Virus record (IMG/VR): IMGVR_UViG_3300020591_000121
Span: 1 to 54,367 of that record
DNA from: a virus
Lineage: Duplodnaviria > Caudoviricetes
DNA: 54,367 nt
Direction: 5' to 3' (one strand)
Within the stretch, counting starts at the first letter, position 1. Each line of letters begins with the position of its first letter. Under the pieces are notes generated by a model. It did not search any database. It was not told the DNA's origin and saw nothing but the letters and a program-made list of their open reading frames with translations. Shown here piece after piece: positions 43,804 through 53,948 of the stretch. Made by a program: the position numbers and the translations under genes.

Positions 43804-46323
43804 ATGGGATTTATCGCCGCCCTTCTGGTCCCGGTTATCGGGACGATCGGCGCTGCAATCGTCGAGATCGGCATTGCCGTCGGTCTCGGGTTCGCCGCCC
43901 GGAAGCTTGCACCGAAGCCGAAGTCGAGCGGCGCCGCCACGGACCGGGGCCGCGTTCTCCAGCTTGCGATCGACACCAATGCCGCGAGGCAGGTCATCTT
44001 CGGGCGCAGCGCAACCGCGGGCAGCCTCGTCTACTGGCAGACCACCGGCACGGACAACGCGGTGCTGCAGATGGTGGTGGCCCTGGCCGATCACGAGTGC
44101 ACCGGCCTTGCCGGCCTCTGGATCGACGGCAAAGAGCGGGCCTGGAATTCCGGCACGGGTGTTGTCGACGGCTTCGGCGGCAAGCTCGTGGTGCGCTTTC
44201 ACAATGGCGCCTCCGATCAAGCCGTTGATACGGCGGTCAAGGCGGCCTCTGAGGGCCGCTGGACCGATGACGAGCGCGGCGCCCACGTCTGCTATGCAGT
44301 AGTTGAGGCGACCTACGATCCGGAGATTTTCTCATCCGGCAACATCCCGCAGATCGTCTACGTGATCGACGGCGCGAAGCTCTACGACCCGCGATTTGAC
44401 AGCACGGCGGGCGGCGAGGGCAACCAGCGCTGGAATGACCCCGCGACCTGGGCGTTCTCGAAGAACTGCGCGGTGGTGACCTATAACGTCCTGCGCGGCT
44501 TCTCCGCCGGCGGCCGTGCGCTGCTCGGGCTCAATGCCCCTGCCGATGCCATCCGCATGTCGGACTTCGAGGCTGCCGCGAACGTCTGCGACGAAACCGT
44601 AGGGCTGGCGGCCGGTGGGACGGAGCCGCGCTACACCTGCGGGATGGTGGTCACCCTCGATGGCCAGCCGAACCGCGATGCTTTGGAAGCACTCGCCGCG
44701 GCAATGGCCGGAGACATCATCTGCTCGGCCGGCATCTACCGCATCATGGCGGGCGTCGCACGGTCATCCGTGGCGACGATCTCCGATGCCGACCTGATCG
44801 TCACCGAACCGTTCACGGTGGAGCCGAGGCTGGGCCGGGGCGAACTGACGAACGCCGTCACCGGTTCGTTCTCCGACCCCGAGCGTTCCTACAATGCGGT
44901 CCCCCTTCCGCCGCGCACGTCGAGCGCCGATGAGATCATCGACGGCGGCATCCGGCTGACGCTGCCCATGGACCTCGTGGCGGTCACCTCGCGCACGCAG
45001 GGCCAGCGGGTGATGGAGATCGCCCGCAAGCGCGCGCGTCGCCAGCTTCGCGTCCGGTGCACCTTGAGGGGGCGGTGGTTCGGCCTGGAGCCGGGCGACT
45101 GGATCACCTTCAATTCGACCCGGCGCGGGTTCGTCGGCAAAGTCTTCGAGATCGACCACATCAAGCGCAACCCGGACCTCACCTCCGTGGTCTCGCTCCG
45201 GGAAATGGACGATGGCGTAGATGACTGGTCGGCGCTGACGGACGAGCTTGCCGACGATACCGAAAGCGACCTTGCCGGAGGCGGCCCGACCCTCAACGCA
45301 GTAACGGGATTGGCCGTCGCACCGGTCGTCATCGCTGGCAACGGCGGGGCGCAGATGCCCGGCATCCGTGCGACATGGACCGCCATCACCGATCCCACGG
45401 TCATTGCGGTGCGGTTCGAGTTCCGCAAGGTGGGCGACACGACGGCGCTCGAGCGGAGATCGGAGACGCCCGGCGCAGGACAATACACATGGGTTGATGG
45501 CGTGCAGGGTGGCATTGCCTACGAGATCCGCGCTCTGCCCGTCACGGCCCCGGAACGGGGCGTTGAATGGACGTCCTGGGTGGCGTTCTCGGGCGCGGCC
45601 GTCACAGACCCCTTGAAGGTCGACGCGGCCGTGGATGCAGAAGTCGGCCCCGGCAGTATCGGCTTCGAAGAGCTGGACGCCCAAACCCGCTTCGAGCTCT
45701 CGCTTGCGAGCGCGAAAGCGGAGATCCAGGGGTCCGTTGCAGCGCAGCTCGCCGAGGCTTTCGAGTGGGCACAGAAAACTGGCGAGGCAGCACTGGCATC
45801 GCTGGCAAACGGGCACGAGAACGGCGCGCAGCTGCTCACCGAGCGGGTGGAGCGCGTCAATGGGCAGAATGCGCTCGCGCAGCAGATCACCACGGCGGTC
45901 ACGCGCATAGGCGACAACGAGACGGCGATATCGGAGGTCATCGAGAGCGTCGACGGCCTCAGGGGCGCTTGGGGCGTTGCGATCAACATCAATGGCCAAG
46001 TTGTCGGCCTCGTCCGGCTCGATGGCGCGGTGGACGAGAGCCAGTTCACGGTCGTGGCCGACAAGTTCGTCATTGCTCACCCCGACATCACGGGCGGGTT
46101 GCCGGTTCCGGTGTTCACCCTCAGCGAGATCAGCGGCGAAACCAAGGTGCATATCGCGGGAGAGTTGATCGCGGATGCCATTCGCGCGGGAGAGGTTAGC
46201 GTGAACGAGCTTTCCGCCATCTCGGCGGACCTCGGGACGATCACCGCGGGCCTCCTGCGCTCGTCGGACAACCTCTTCCGCATCGACCTCGACAACAAAG
46301 AGATCGTGATCGAGACCGCCTGA
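43804..46323 (+). CDS. Tail tip host-specificity protein (J-like)
   Basis: G.KLYDPR, F.AAAN.CDE, LEPGD, C-terminal F.V.ADKF. Confidence 0.85.
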   Translation: MGFIAALLVPVIGTIGAAIVEIGIAVGLGFAARKLAPKPKSSGAATDRGRVLQLAIDTNAARQVIFGRSATAGSLVYWQTTGTDNAVLQMVVALADHECTGLAGLWIDGKERAWNSGTGVVDGFGGKLVVRFHNGASDQAVDTAVKAASEGRWTDDERGAHVCYAVVEATYDPEIFSSGNIPQIVYVIDGAKLYDPRFDSTAGGEGNQRWNDPATWAFSKNCAVVTYNVLRGFSAGGRALLGLNAPADAIRMSDFEAAANVCDETVGLAAGGTEPRYTCGMVVTLDGQPNRDALEALAAAMAGDIICSAGIYRIMAGVARSSVATISDADLIVTEPFTVEPRLGRGELTNAVTGSFSDPERSYNAVPLPPRTSSADEIIDGGIRLTLPMDLVAVTSRTQGQRVMEIARKRARRQLRVRCTLRGRWFGLEPGDWITFNSTRRGFVGKVFEIDHIKRNPDLTSVVSLREMDDGVDDWSALTDELADDTESDLAGGGPTLNAVTGLAVAPVVIAGNGGAQMPGIRATWTAITDPTVIAVRFEFRKVGDTTALERRSETPGAGQYTWVDGVQGGIAYEIRALPVTAPERGVEWTSWVAFSGAAVTDPLKVDAAVDAEVGPGSIGFEELDAQTRFELSLASAKAEIQGSVAAQLAEAFEWAQKTGEAALASLANGHENGAQLLTERVERVNGQNALAQQITTAVTRIGDNETAISEVIESVDGLRGAWGVAININGQVVGLVRLDGAVDESQFTVVADKFVIAHPDITGGLPVPVFTLSEISGETKVHIAGELIADAIRAGEVSVNELSAISADLGTITAGLLRSSDNLFRIDLDNKEIVIETA

Positions 46324-46778
46324 TGGCTGTACGCTTCAAGGCCCGAGGATCGGATGGCCGGGTGGCGATCTACACCGGCACGGACGATGACCCGTTCGAT
46401 GCGCCGCTCTCGAATATGTCGCGGGTGCTGTTCCACTCGGACCTTCACTACCCGAAGATCGTGCGTGAATGGTCTGGCTCGCTGTCGCTGCCGGGGCGCT
46501 CTGCTGCAAGCACCGGCAAGGCCAGCCACACGCTCTTTGCCCATGGCCTCTCAGGCACGCCGCTGGTGTTCGGCTCCATCGTCGCCAGCGGCAAGAACCT
46601 TCCGTTGTGCGGATCGTTCCCGGTGCAAATGACATCCCGCGGGTGGGCGCGGTGGATCGCCTTGGGCGCGACGGCGACGAACGTTGTCATCGGCGAATTG
46701 TGGTTTGCCCAGAACAGCGGCGGCTTCGGTGCCGCGAGCGTATCGCTAACCGTTTATGTGACTGACACGGTGATCTGA
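46323..46778 (+). CDS. Minor tail-tip protein
   Basis: Coupled to the J-like gene; beta-rich. Confidence 0.6.
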   Translation: MAVRFKARGSDGRVAIYTGTDDDPFDAPLSNMSRVLFHSDLHYPKIVREWSGSLSLPGRSAASTGKASHTLFAHGLSGTPLVFGSIVASGKNLPLCGSFPVQMTSRGWARWIALGATATNVVIGELWFAQNSGGFGAASVSLTVYVTDTVI

Positions 46779-47074
46779 TGCCGACGGAAGCACTCTACAT
46801 CAGCGGCAGCGAGTTCCGCGCCGCAGCTGGGAAGTTCGACGCCCGTAAGCGCTACCTGCGCGCCGGTAACACCCTATCGAGCTTTCCACTGTGCCCGAGC
46901 CTCACGGTCGCCTTCGGGCGCGGCTCTGGCGCCCTGGGGCTACAATACTCCACGCTGCGCTACAGCGTCGACGGCGTGGTGATCCAGACGACGCAGTACG
47001 GCAACTATGGCGGCGACGTGGGCAGCATCTCGGCCGGATCGTACAATGCGGCGTTCACGAAGGTGACCACGTAG
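46778..47074 (+). CDS. Minor tail-tip protein
   Basis: Coupled ORF. Confidence 0.55.
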   Translation: MPTEALYISGSEFRAAAGKFDARKRYLRAGNTLSSFPLCPSLTVAFGRGSGALGLQYSTLRYSVDGVVIQTTQYGNYGGDVGSISAGSYNAAFTKVTT

Positions 47075-47601
47075 TGGGGCTTACGATTGCCGATGGGGCA
47101 ATGGTTGTCATCGATGAGACCGTCGATCCGCCGGTCATCGTCTTCGACAGCACAGAGAAGCTGTTCAACTGCACGGACCTACTATCGGGGACGGTTTCCC
47201 TTCCGGCGCGGCAGGCGTTCTTCTTCGAAAGCAATAGCTCGAACGTCAACGCCAATATCAACGCCAACCACTTCCTGGCGAACGTGAACGCCGACGCCAC
47301 CCACGTACTCGGGTCGTTCAGCGTCTCGACATCGGGCGGCCTGCAGGGGGTCGCCGGCATGGGCACCTTCGCCGCCGGCGGCACCTACGTGCACTATCAG
47401 GACTACAAGAACGCGCCCAACGGGAACACGTTCTTTCACCCCGACAATTACGCCGGATACACCTTCTTCGCCTCCGCTGGCGGGCTCTATCTCAACGAGC
47501 GGGTGTTCCTCGATGCCGGCACGCACTTCTCGCTCAATCTGACGCTGACGCTGCTGCCGGTGACGTTCGCGTACAAGCTCTTTGTCGGCACCCTCACCTA
47601 A
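47074..47601 (+). CDS. Minor tail-tip protein
   Basis: GTG start overlapping the previous stop; beta-rich. Confidence 0.55.
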   Translation: MGLTIADGAMVVIDETVDPPVIVFDSTEKLFNCTDLLSGTVSLPARQAFFFESNSSNVNANINANHFLANVNADATHVLGSFSVSTSGGLQGVAGMGTFAAGGTYVHYQDYKNAPNGNTFFHPDNYAGYTFFASAGGLYLNERVFLDAGTHFSLNLTLTLLPVTFAYKLFVGTLT

Positions 47602-47616
47602 CATCGGAACATCAGC

Positions 47617-49731
47617 ATGACCATCTGGTATCGCCAGGGCACCGTCTCGGTCGAGAACGGCTCGACAGCCGTCAACGGCACGCTCACGGGCTGGCTCAAC
47701 CAGGTGAAGGCTGGCGACGGCATCACCTTCGACGACGGCGGTTCGTGGCACGAGGTGGCCTCGGTCGAAAGCAACACCGCGCTGACGCTGGCGACGGAAT
47801 ATCCCGGCGAGGCGGTTTCCGGCGCGGCCTACGCCATCGACCGGCGCAGCCCGCAGTGGTCGCTCGCCTCCGACCTGGCGGTGAAGGTAGCGGCGCTGCT
47901 GGGCAGGATCACGACAGTCTTGCTCACCGACGGCAAACCGAACGACGGCATCGGCAACGACGGTGCGATCGCGTTCGATCCAGATGCGCAACTGTTCTAT
48001 TTCAAGAGCGGTGGCGCGTGGGATGAGGGGACGAGCTTCAAGGGTGATAAGGGTGACAAGGGGGACGACGGGTTAAGCGGCTGGGCGCCAGTCCTCGCGG
48101 TCGTTCTGCACGGACAGCGTGCGGTGCTGGCCGTCACATCTTGGATTGGGGGCAGCGGCGAGGCGCCGGGCACAGGATACCTCAGTGCCGAGGGCATAAC
48201 GGCAAACATCGATGAGGCCATCGACGTGCGCGGCGTGGCCGGACAATCGTTCCAGCCTGATGCGGTTGTCGAGGTCATCGCGGAGCGTGACGCCTACGAT
48301 AACGAGGCGCGGTTTTGCAGCGTGCTCGTGCTCAAAAATGGCGATGGCGATGTGGAGCCGATGCTCTACTTTCTGCTGACGCCGAGCGAGTCATCGCCGG
48401 AATGGTCGGAGCCAGTACCCTTCGCGGATGGAGCCAACGCCGACCCCGGCGCCGCGCCGATCCTGGCGGTTGAGGAAGACAACGAGCGCCGCGTTCTGAA
48501 GGTAGTGGGTTGGACCGCTGGGGACACTGAGGAGGTGCCTGGCGTTGGCGGCGATTATCTTGCCATCGATCAGAACCTAGCCGATGTGGCAGACGCCGCT
48601 GCGGCGCGTAGCAACCTTGGCCTCGAGATCGGCGTGGATGTGCCGGCCTTGGGCGGAGGCGCGTTGGTGCTACCCGAGCTCGAGATCCCCCCGGAAACGC
48701 CGAGCGCGGGAAGGAAGCTGCTTTACGCCAAAGACGACGGCAAGGTTTACACGAAGGACAGTGCGGGCGATGTCGCAGAAGTTGGAGCGGGCGGCGGTGG
48801 TACCGAGGATAACAGCGCCTATCAGATCGTGCCCAGCGTGGGCGGTAACGCGCTCACCGTTGCGGTTAAGAACGCTGCGGGAAACGATCCCGACAGCGGC
48901 AATCCCGTCACGTTCGATTTTCGCTCGGCGACGCTCACATCGGGCGCCGTGGTCACGCGCACATTGTCGGCGGCGCTCAGCCTGACACTCTCGTCCGGAT
49001 CGACACTCGGCGCTGCCAACGCCCTCCCGTTTCGGCTTTGGATCGTGCTTTTCGATGATGGCGGTACGCTCCGCCTCGGCGCCATCAAGTGCAGCCTGTC
49101 GAACGGATTCTACGCGCTCAGCGAATGGGCTCTCGCATCGAGCACGGCGGAAGGCGGCGCGGGTGGAGCCGATAGTGCGGGTGTGTTCTACACGGGCACC
49201 GCAGTTTCCTCGAAGCCCTACAAGATTCTCGGCTTCATGGATTGGGATAGCGGCCTGACGACGGCCGGCGCGTGGGCTTCAGGGCCGAGCCGTGTGCAAG
49301 TCTATGAGCGCGGGATGCCGTTGCCGGGACAGGAAATTGGCAACTCAACGCGTGGCATCCGCACGACACAGGACAACTTCACCAGTACGAGCTACGTCGA
49401 CACAAACCTCACGGCTGGCATAAAGCTCCGATCCCCCTGCAATGCCGTGGCGGGAGTCGCCATTGGTGCGTTGGCGGTCGGCACTGTTGGAGCTGGGGCG
49501 ACGGTTGCTGTGCGGCGCGGCGGTGCCGTCGTGAACTTATCGCAGAGCTTCTACGGTGCTGTTACAAACTTCAACGCCGTCAGCGTCATTCCCATCCTGG
49601 ATTTTCCGGGGGCGACAGGGCCGCACACCTACACCGTTGCTGTGAAGTCAGAATCCGGCCCCGTGTACTATCCGGGTGCCACAACCACTGAAAGCGGTGC
49701 TACAATCTCGCTGTCTGAGGTCATGGGATGA
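47617..49731 (+). CDS. Tail fibre / receptor-binding protein
   Basis: WY..GTVSV.NGS..V.G anchor, GDKGDKGD collagen-like triplets, NLADV.D...ARSNLG fibre repeat. Confidence 0.85.
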   Translation: MTIWYRQGTVSVENGSTAVNGTLTGWLNQVKAGDGITFDDGGSWHEVASVESNTALTLATEYPGEAVSGAAYAIDRRSPQWSLASDLAVKVAALLGRITTVLLTDGKPNDGIGNDGAIAFDPDAQLFYFKSGGAWDEGTSFKGDKGDKGDDGLSGWAPVLAVVLHGQRAVLAVTSWIGGSGEAPGTGYLSAEGITANIDEAIDVRGVAGQSFQPDAVVEVIAERDAYDNEARFCSVLVLKNGDGDVEPMLYFLLTPSESSPEWSEPVPFADGANADPGAAPILAVEEDNERRVLKVVGWTAGDTEEVPGVGGDYLAIDQNLADVADAAAARSNLGLEIGVDVPALGGGALVLPELEIPPETPSAGRKLLYAKDDGKVYTKDSAGDVAEVGAGGGGTEDNSAYQIVPSVGGNALTVAVKNAAGNDPDSGNPVTFDFRSATLTSGAVVTRTLSAALSLTLSSGSTLGAANALPFRLWIVLFDDGGTLRLGAIKCSLSNGFYALSEWALASSTAEGGAGGADSAGVFYTGTAVSSKPYKILGFMDWDSGLTTAGAWASGPSRVQVYERGMPLPGQEIGNSTRGIRTTQDNFTSTSYVDTNLTAGIKLRSPCNAVAGVAIGALAVGTVGAGATVAVRRGGAVVNLSQSFYGAVTNFNAVSVIPILDFPGATGPHTYTVAVKSESGPVYYPGATTTESGATISLSEVMG

Positions 49732-49737
49732 TGGGAT

Positions 49738-50592
49738 ATGCCGCCGCTGCGATGGGGAGTGCTTAGCGTCATGTTTGCGCTAGCGACGTTCGCCCCGACT
49801 CCCGTCGATCCGTTCGCCCTCTACGAATACGCCCCCTCGGGTGCCAGCGGCATCGTGTTCCCAGGATATTCGACGACAACCGGACGCACGGCGGTCTCTG
49901 CTGAACTTGCTGACGGTGAAACGACCGGCATTTTTCTCGTCGTCGGGCAGAGCTTGCTCGCCAACCACAACGGGTCGCTGCACTCACCCAGCAGCACGAA
50001 GGTCCAGAACCTCAACCCCTACAATGGCACCGTCTATCAGATGAAAGACGAGGTGCTGGGTGCGTCGGGGAGTAGCAACGGCAGTATTCTGCCATATCTC
50101 GGCGACAAGCTGATCACGGCAGGCACCTTCGACCGCGTCATCTTTATTCCGGTTGCCATCGGCGGCTCCGCCATGCGCGACTGGGAGCCGTCGGGGATGC
50201 TGTTTCATCGTCTCGTAGTGGCACTCCTGCGGGCGCGCGAGAAGGGCTACGCGATTTCTGGTGTGATCTTCGAGCTTGGGCAATCTGATCAGATGCTCGG
50301 CACGTCCCAAGCGGCGTGGCAGTCGAGTTTTCAGCGGATGCTGGATGGGGCTCGCGGCTATGGCTTCAATGGGCCCTGGTTCGTGGCGCAGTGCTCGATG
50401 CTATCCAACGTTACGTCATCGACTGTTCGTGCCGCGCAGGCCGCGGTTGTGGATAACGTCAACGTCTTCGCCGGGCCCGATATCGACACGCTCACAAGTA
50501 GCACGAACCGCTCGGATGGCACTCATCTCACCGCGACAGGCGCGAACGGATCTGCGGCGCTCTGGGAAACGGTGTTGTCGTCCCATTTCTAA
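49738..50592 (+). CDS. SGNH hydrolase (SASA/O-acetylesterase-like)
   Basis: GQS (block I), A.GGS, GQSD, DGTH catalytic motif. Confidence 0.8.
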   Translation: MPPLRWGVLSVMFALATFAPTPVDPFALYEYAPSGASGIVFPGYSTTTGRTAVSAELADGETTGIFLVVGQSLLANHNGSLHSPSSTKVQNLNPYNGTVYQMKDEVLGASGSSNGSILPYLGDKLITAGTFDRVIFIPVAIGGSAMRDWEPSGMLFHRLVVALLRAREKGYAISGVIFELGQSDQMLGTSQAAWQSSFQRMLDGARGYGFNGPWFVAQCSMLSNVTSSTVRAAQAAVVDNVNVFAGPDIDTLTSSTNRSDGTHLTATGANGSAALWETVLSSHF

Positions 50593-50763
50593 TGGAAAGT
50601 TCATAAGTCGCTGAACGTTGGCGGCTGACATGATCGCGCGAGGTCCACGTTGCGCGTGTTCGCCTTGTAGCCGCTTGGGTGCAGACCGCGGCTGTGCCGC
50701 GCCGGGCACTACCCGCTCTTAGCGATCCATCCAATAATCAACACCAGCAGGGGGGGCACTATC

Positions 50764-51645
50764 ATGCCACCAGCGTTGCCCGTGGGCGTCTACGTCGGAC
50801 CCGATGGGTTCACGACGGATATCGAAGAAGCGATCGATATTCGTGGCGAGGCGGGGGCTGGGAACGGCGCTCGTGAATTCCTCACCGGACCGCTCACGCT
50901 CTATGTGCGCGAGGACGGCTCAGACAGCAATGATGGACGCGCCGATAGCGCCGGGGGAGCGTTCCTCACGCCCCAGGCGGCGTACAACACGATCGCAGCG
51001 ACCCTAGACCTCGGCGGGCAAACCGTCACCGTGCAACTCCGAGATGGCACCTACGGGGGCGTCGACATCAATCAGCCGTGGACCGGTGGCGGCAAAGTCA
51101 TCTTTCGCGGCAACAATTCCACGCCGTCCAACGTCAAGATCGCTGCGACGAGTGATCACTGCTTCGACATCAGCAGCCCACTTCCGGGCGTGCTGCAAAT
51201 TCTCGACCTGAAGATGAGCACGGCGACGAGCGGTTCGTGCATTTACGTGCGGGCGCCGGCCGTCGTAGAGTTCGGCAACGTGGATTTCGGTCCAGCCGCC
51301 CTTTACCACATCATCACAAATGGCTCTGGCGCCAACGCGATCAGCGTCGGTGATTATGTCATTAGCGGTGGCGCGATCTGCCATTGGGTGGCGGCGGCGC
51401 TGGGTTTCATCCTCGACCAGCTGCGAAACATCTCGCTGTCGGGCACCCCGGCGTTCCAGAACGGGTTCGCGTACGCGTCTCGCAGCGGCGTGATGACTGT
51501 CAACGCCAATACATTTTCAGGGCCCGCGACCGGGCCGCGATACGCCGTGGACACGACCGCGGTGTTGTTCACCAACGGTGGCGGGGCCAGCTATCTACCC
51601 GGCGATTCCGCTGGCAGCGAGAGTACGGGCGGCATTTATAACTAG
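50764..51645 (+). CDS. Second fibre/spike-like protein (beta-helix-like)
   Basis: LYVR.DGSDSNDG.......F.T.Q.A, V.L.DGTY; N-terminus matches a module of the main fibre. Confidence 0.7.
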   Translation: MPPALPVGVYVGPDGFTTDIEEAIDIRGEAGAGNGAREFLTGPLTLYVREDGSDSNDGRADSAGGAFLTPQAAYNTIAATLDLGGQTVTVQLRDGTYGGVDINQPWTGGGKVIFRGNNSTPSNVKIAATSDHCFDISSPLPGVLQILDLKMSTATSGSCIYVRAPAVVEFGNVDFGPAALYHIITNGSGANAISVGDYVISGGAICHWVAAALGFILDQLRNISLSGTPAFQNGFAYASRSGVMTVNANTFSGPATGPRYAVDTTAVLFTNGGGASYLPGDSAGSESTGGIYN

Positions 51646-51663
51646 CAGGCGGGGGGAGCGGGA

Positions 51664-51993
51664 ATGTCGATGGCCGACGACGTCTACAATGCGCGCAATT
51701 GGTTCTGGATCGTCTCCGGCGATGAAAGCCGCGCGTGGTCGAGCGCAGAGGGTGCGTATGTTTCCGACTATCCGGACGAGCAAACCACACGCATCGCCAA
51801 CGAGGTCGAGCTTTACGATGTGCTCGCTCGGTCGGGGCTCGCCCACAAGGCGCCGCAGCGGGCGTTCTCGGCCGAAGAAGTTCGCGCCGCGCTGCTCAAC
51901 ATAGACGCGGGCGCTACCGGCGATGCGGCGGATGCCGTGGCGCTGGGCATCGTGGCAGATGAAATCGGGATCGTGCTGCCGAGTGTCGGCTAG
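51664..51993 (+). CDS. Fibre-associated hypothetical protein (possible chaperone)
   Basis: Follows the fibre gene; NWFW.V.GD..R.WSS...YV. Confidence 0.6.
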   Translation: MSMADDVYNARNWFWIVSGDESRAWSSAEGAYVSDYPDEQTTRIANEVELYDVLARSGLAHKAPQRAFSAEEVRAALLNIDAGATGDAADAVALGIVADEIGIVLPSVG

Positions 51994-52020
51994 CCCAGCA
52001 TAAAAATTGTCGAACACTGC

Positions 52021-52043
52021 CGCCGCCTCCGGGCGGCGTTTTT
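52021..52043 (+). terminator. Intrinsic terminator
   Basis: CGCCGCC/GGCGGCG followed by T5. Confidence 0.7.
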
Positions 52044-52075
52044 CATTTCCAGAACATCAAAATCGGGGGACTTCC

Positions 52076-52993
52076 ATGGCCAAATCAGTGGCGCCATACG
52101 GGGGGCCTGTCGACGTCGTGGTCGGCTGGCTCGGCACGAAAGAGATCAAGGGGCCGAAGGCGAACCCGATCATCGCCGGCACGCCGACGAGCTGGTTCAG
52201 CCTGATCGGCCGCGATGACGTGACCAGCGACGAGGTCGCGAACTGTGCCGCTGCGGTGGGGGCAGGCATCGTCTGTTACGAACTGCAGAAGGCTGGCATC
52301 ACCTTTGAGGATGTGACCGCCGCCGCGAAGGCGAAGCCGAAGAGAACGGCCATCCAGCTTCTCGCCGAACGAGGCGTCAACGTCGTGCTCCCGCCGAAGG
52401 ATCAGCGCCTTCTGGCGCGGTCATATTCGAGCTTCGGCATCGACGCATCGGGCGATCCGCAGCGCGGCGACATCATAGTCATCCCGCGGGGCGCCGCATG
52501 GCAGGGGCACGTCATGTACATCGTCTCGGTGAACCGCCAGACGGGCGTCGCCAAGTGCATCGGCGCCAACCAGTCCGACACGACGAGCTATGCCGAGCAT
52601 CACCTGTCGGAGGCGGTCGCCATCCGCCGTTACGTGCCCGCGACCATCCAGGGTCTGCGCGTTGCCGGTAGCAACGCCATCCACCGCGGTGATCAGCAGG
52701 AAGTGGCAGGTGGCACGCTCGTGCTCGGCGGCGTCGGAGCCGCGGCCCTCCAGGCGGCCACTCAGCCGGCCGCGGACGCCGCCGTAAGCCTCGCTCCGCT
52801 CGCCGAACAGACGACGACAGTTCACACGCTGACGACGACGGGCGTTTCGCTGGGGCACATCTTTTTGCAAAGCCCGTGGATCGTCGTGCTCGTCGGCGCC
52901 GGCATCGGCGTCTGGTGGCTGGGCCGTACGGGCAAGCTCCGCCGCCTCGCACAGCACGTCGCCGGCGTGCCGCTCTCATCTCAAAGCGCATAG
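52076..52993 (+). CDS. Endolysin, TIGR02594/CHAP-like, with C-terminal hydrophobic helices
   Basis: LG.KEI.G...NP.I, DEV.NCAA.VG (Cys), ARSY, GD..V..RG...QGHV (His), GANQSD. Confidence 0.8.
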   Translation: MAKSVAPYGGPVDVVVGWLGTKEIKGPKANPIIAGTPTSWFSLIGRDDVTSDEVANCAAAVGAGIVCYELQKAGITFEDVTAAAKAKPKRTAIQLLAERGVNVVLPPKDQRLLARSYSSFGIDASGDPQRGDIIVIPRGAAWQGHVMYIVSVNRQTGVAKCIGANQSDTTSYAEHHLSEAVAIRRYVPATIQGLRVAGSNAIHRGDQQEVAGGTLVLGGVGAAALQAATQPAADAAVSLAPLAEQTTTVHTLTTTGVSLGHIFLQSPWIVVLVGAGIGVWWLGRTGKLRRLAQHVAGVPLSSQSA

Positions 52994-53002
52994 GGGGATT
53001 TC

Positions 53003-53338
53003 ATGAACTGGGGCGTCATCATCGCCATCGGCTGGGGCGTGCTCGCGCCATTGGCCACCTGGGGGCTGACCGAGGGCAAGTACCGGCTCGTCGAGATGCC
53101 GAAGGCAATCGCGGCCGCGGAGATTGCCGCTACGGAGGTGGCCACCAAAGCCTGCAACAAGCGCATCGGTGAGATCGAGCAGCAGCTCGCCGCCAAGGCC
53201 GCCGAAGCCCGCCGTCTCGCTGAGGAAGCCGAGCGGTCCATCGGGCCGACACCGGTCGAGAAAGCGGAGCTGCAGTTGCTCTGCCAGAAGTCGGCTTCGT
53301 GCCGTGAGAGAAACCAGATCGGGGGGACCGAACAGTGA
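53003..53338 (+). CDS. i-spanin (Rz-like)
   Basis: N-terminal TM, coiled coil and Cys residues; follows the lysin. Confidence 0.65.
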   Translation: MNWGVIIAIGWGVLAPLATWGLTEGKYRLVEMPKAIAAAEIAATEVATKACNKRIGEIEQQLAAKAAEARRLAEEAERSIGPTPVEKAELQLLCQKSASCRERNQIGGTEQ

Positions 53339-53568
53339 AGCAGATCATCATCGCCGCGCTCGCGGCCATGGCGCTGGCCGGCTGCTCGGCCAGCGGCAAG
53401 GATCTCGACTTGAACTTCGCGCCGATCTCGATCGAGCCCGACAACTTCTGTCAGGTCTCGAAAAAGGTGCGCTGGAGCGTGAACGACACTCCGGAGACCA
53501 TCGACCAGGCGAGGCGGCTGAATGCAAAGCATGACCGCCTCTGCCGCAAGCCCAAGCCCGTAGCCTAG
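53335..53568 (+). CDS. o-spanin (Rz1-like lipoprotein)
   Basis: Lipobox LAGC; overlaps the i-spanin stop. Confidence 0.7.
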   Translation: MKQIIIAALAAMALAGCSASGKDLDLNFAPISIEPDNFCQVSKKVRWSVNDTPETIDQARRLNAKHDRLCRKPKPVA

Positions 53569-53609
53569 AGCGTCCGTCATCAACCTGCGCCGGAGGGGAA
53601 CGATGTCCC

Positions 53610-53948
53610 ATGCGCTACGACGACCGCCCGACGAATGGGCACCATCAGCCGAGCTTCGACCTGTTCGGCATCCTGCTCGACCTCAAGCATTCGGTCGGAG
53701 GGCTGGAGGCAGGGCAGGAACTCATGCGCGAACAGACGATGGCCCGCTTCGACCGGCAGGACGAGCGGATCGACACCCTCCACGAGCGGATCGACACTCA
53801 CCTGGCCACGCCGAAGCGCGAACGCCGGTCCTGGTTCGAGGTGACCGGCCTCAGCCTCCGGGAGACGGTCGCGCTGGCGATCACGGTGGGGATGGCCGTG
53901 ACCGGCACCCTCAGCAGCGACATCCTCGTGGCGCTGCTGACCCGGTGA
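53610..53948 (+). CDS. Membrane protein, possible holin
   Basis: Coiled coil plus C-terminal hydrophobic segment in the lysis module. Confidence 0.45.
   Translation: MRYDDRPTNGHHQPSFDLFGILLDLKHSVGGLEAGQELMREQTMARFDRQDERIDTLHERIDTHLATPKRERRSWFEVTGLSLRETVALAITVGMAVTGTLSSDILVALLTR

Noticed and set aside
47617-51993. Diversity-generating retroelement or invertible fibre cassette
   Set aside because: No reverse transcriptase or invertase recognised, and no TR/VR pair or flanking inverted repeats seen by eye.
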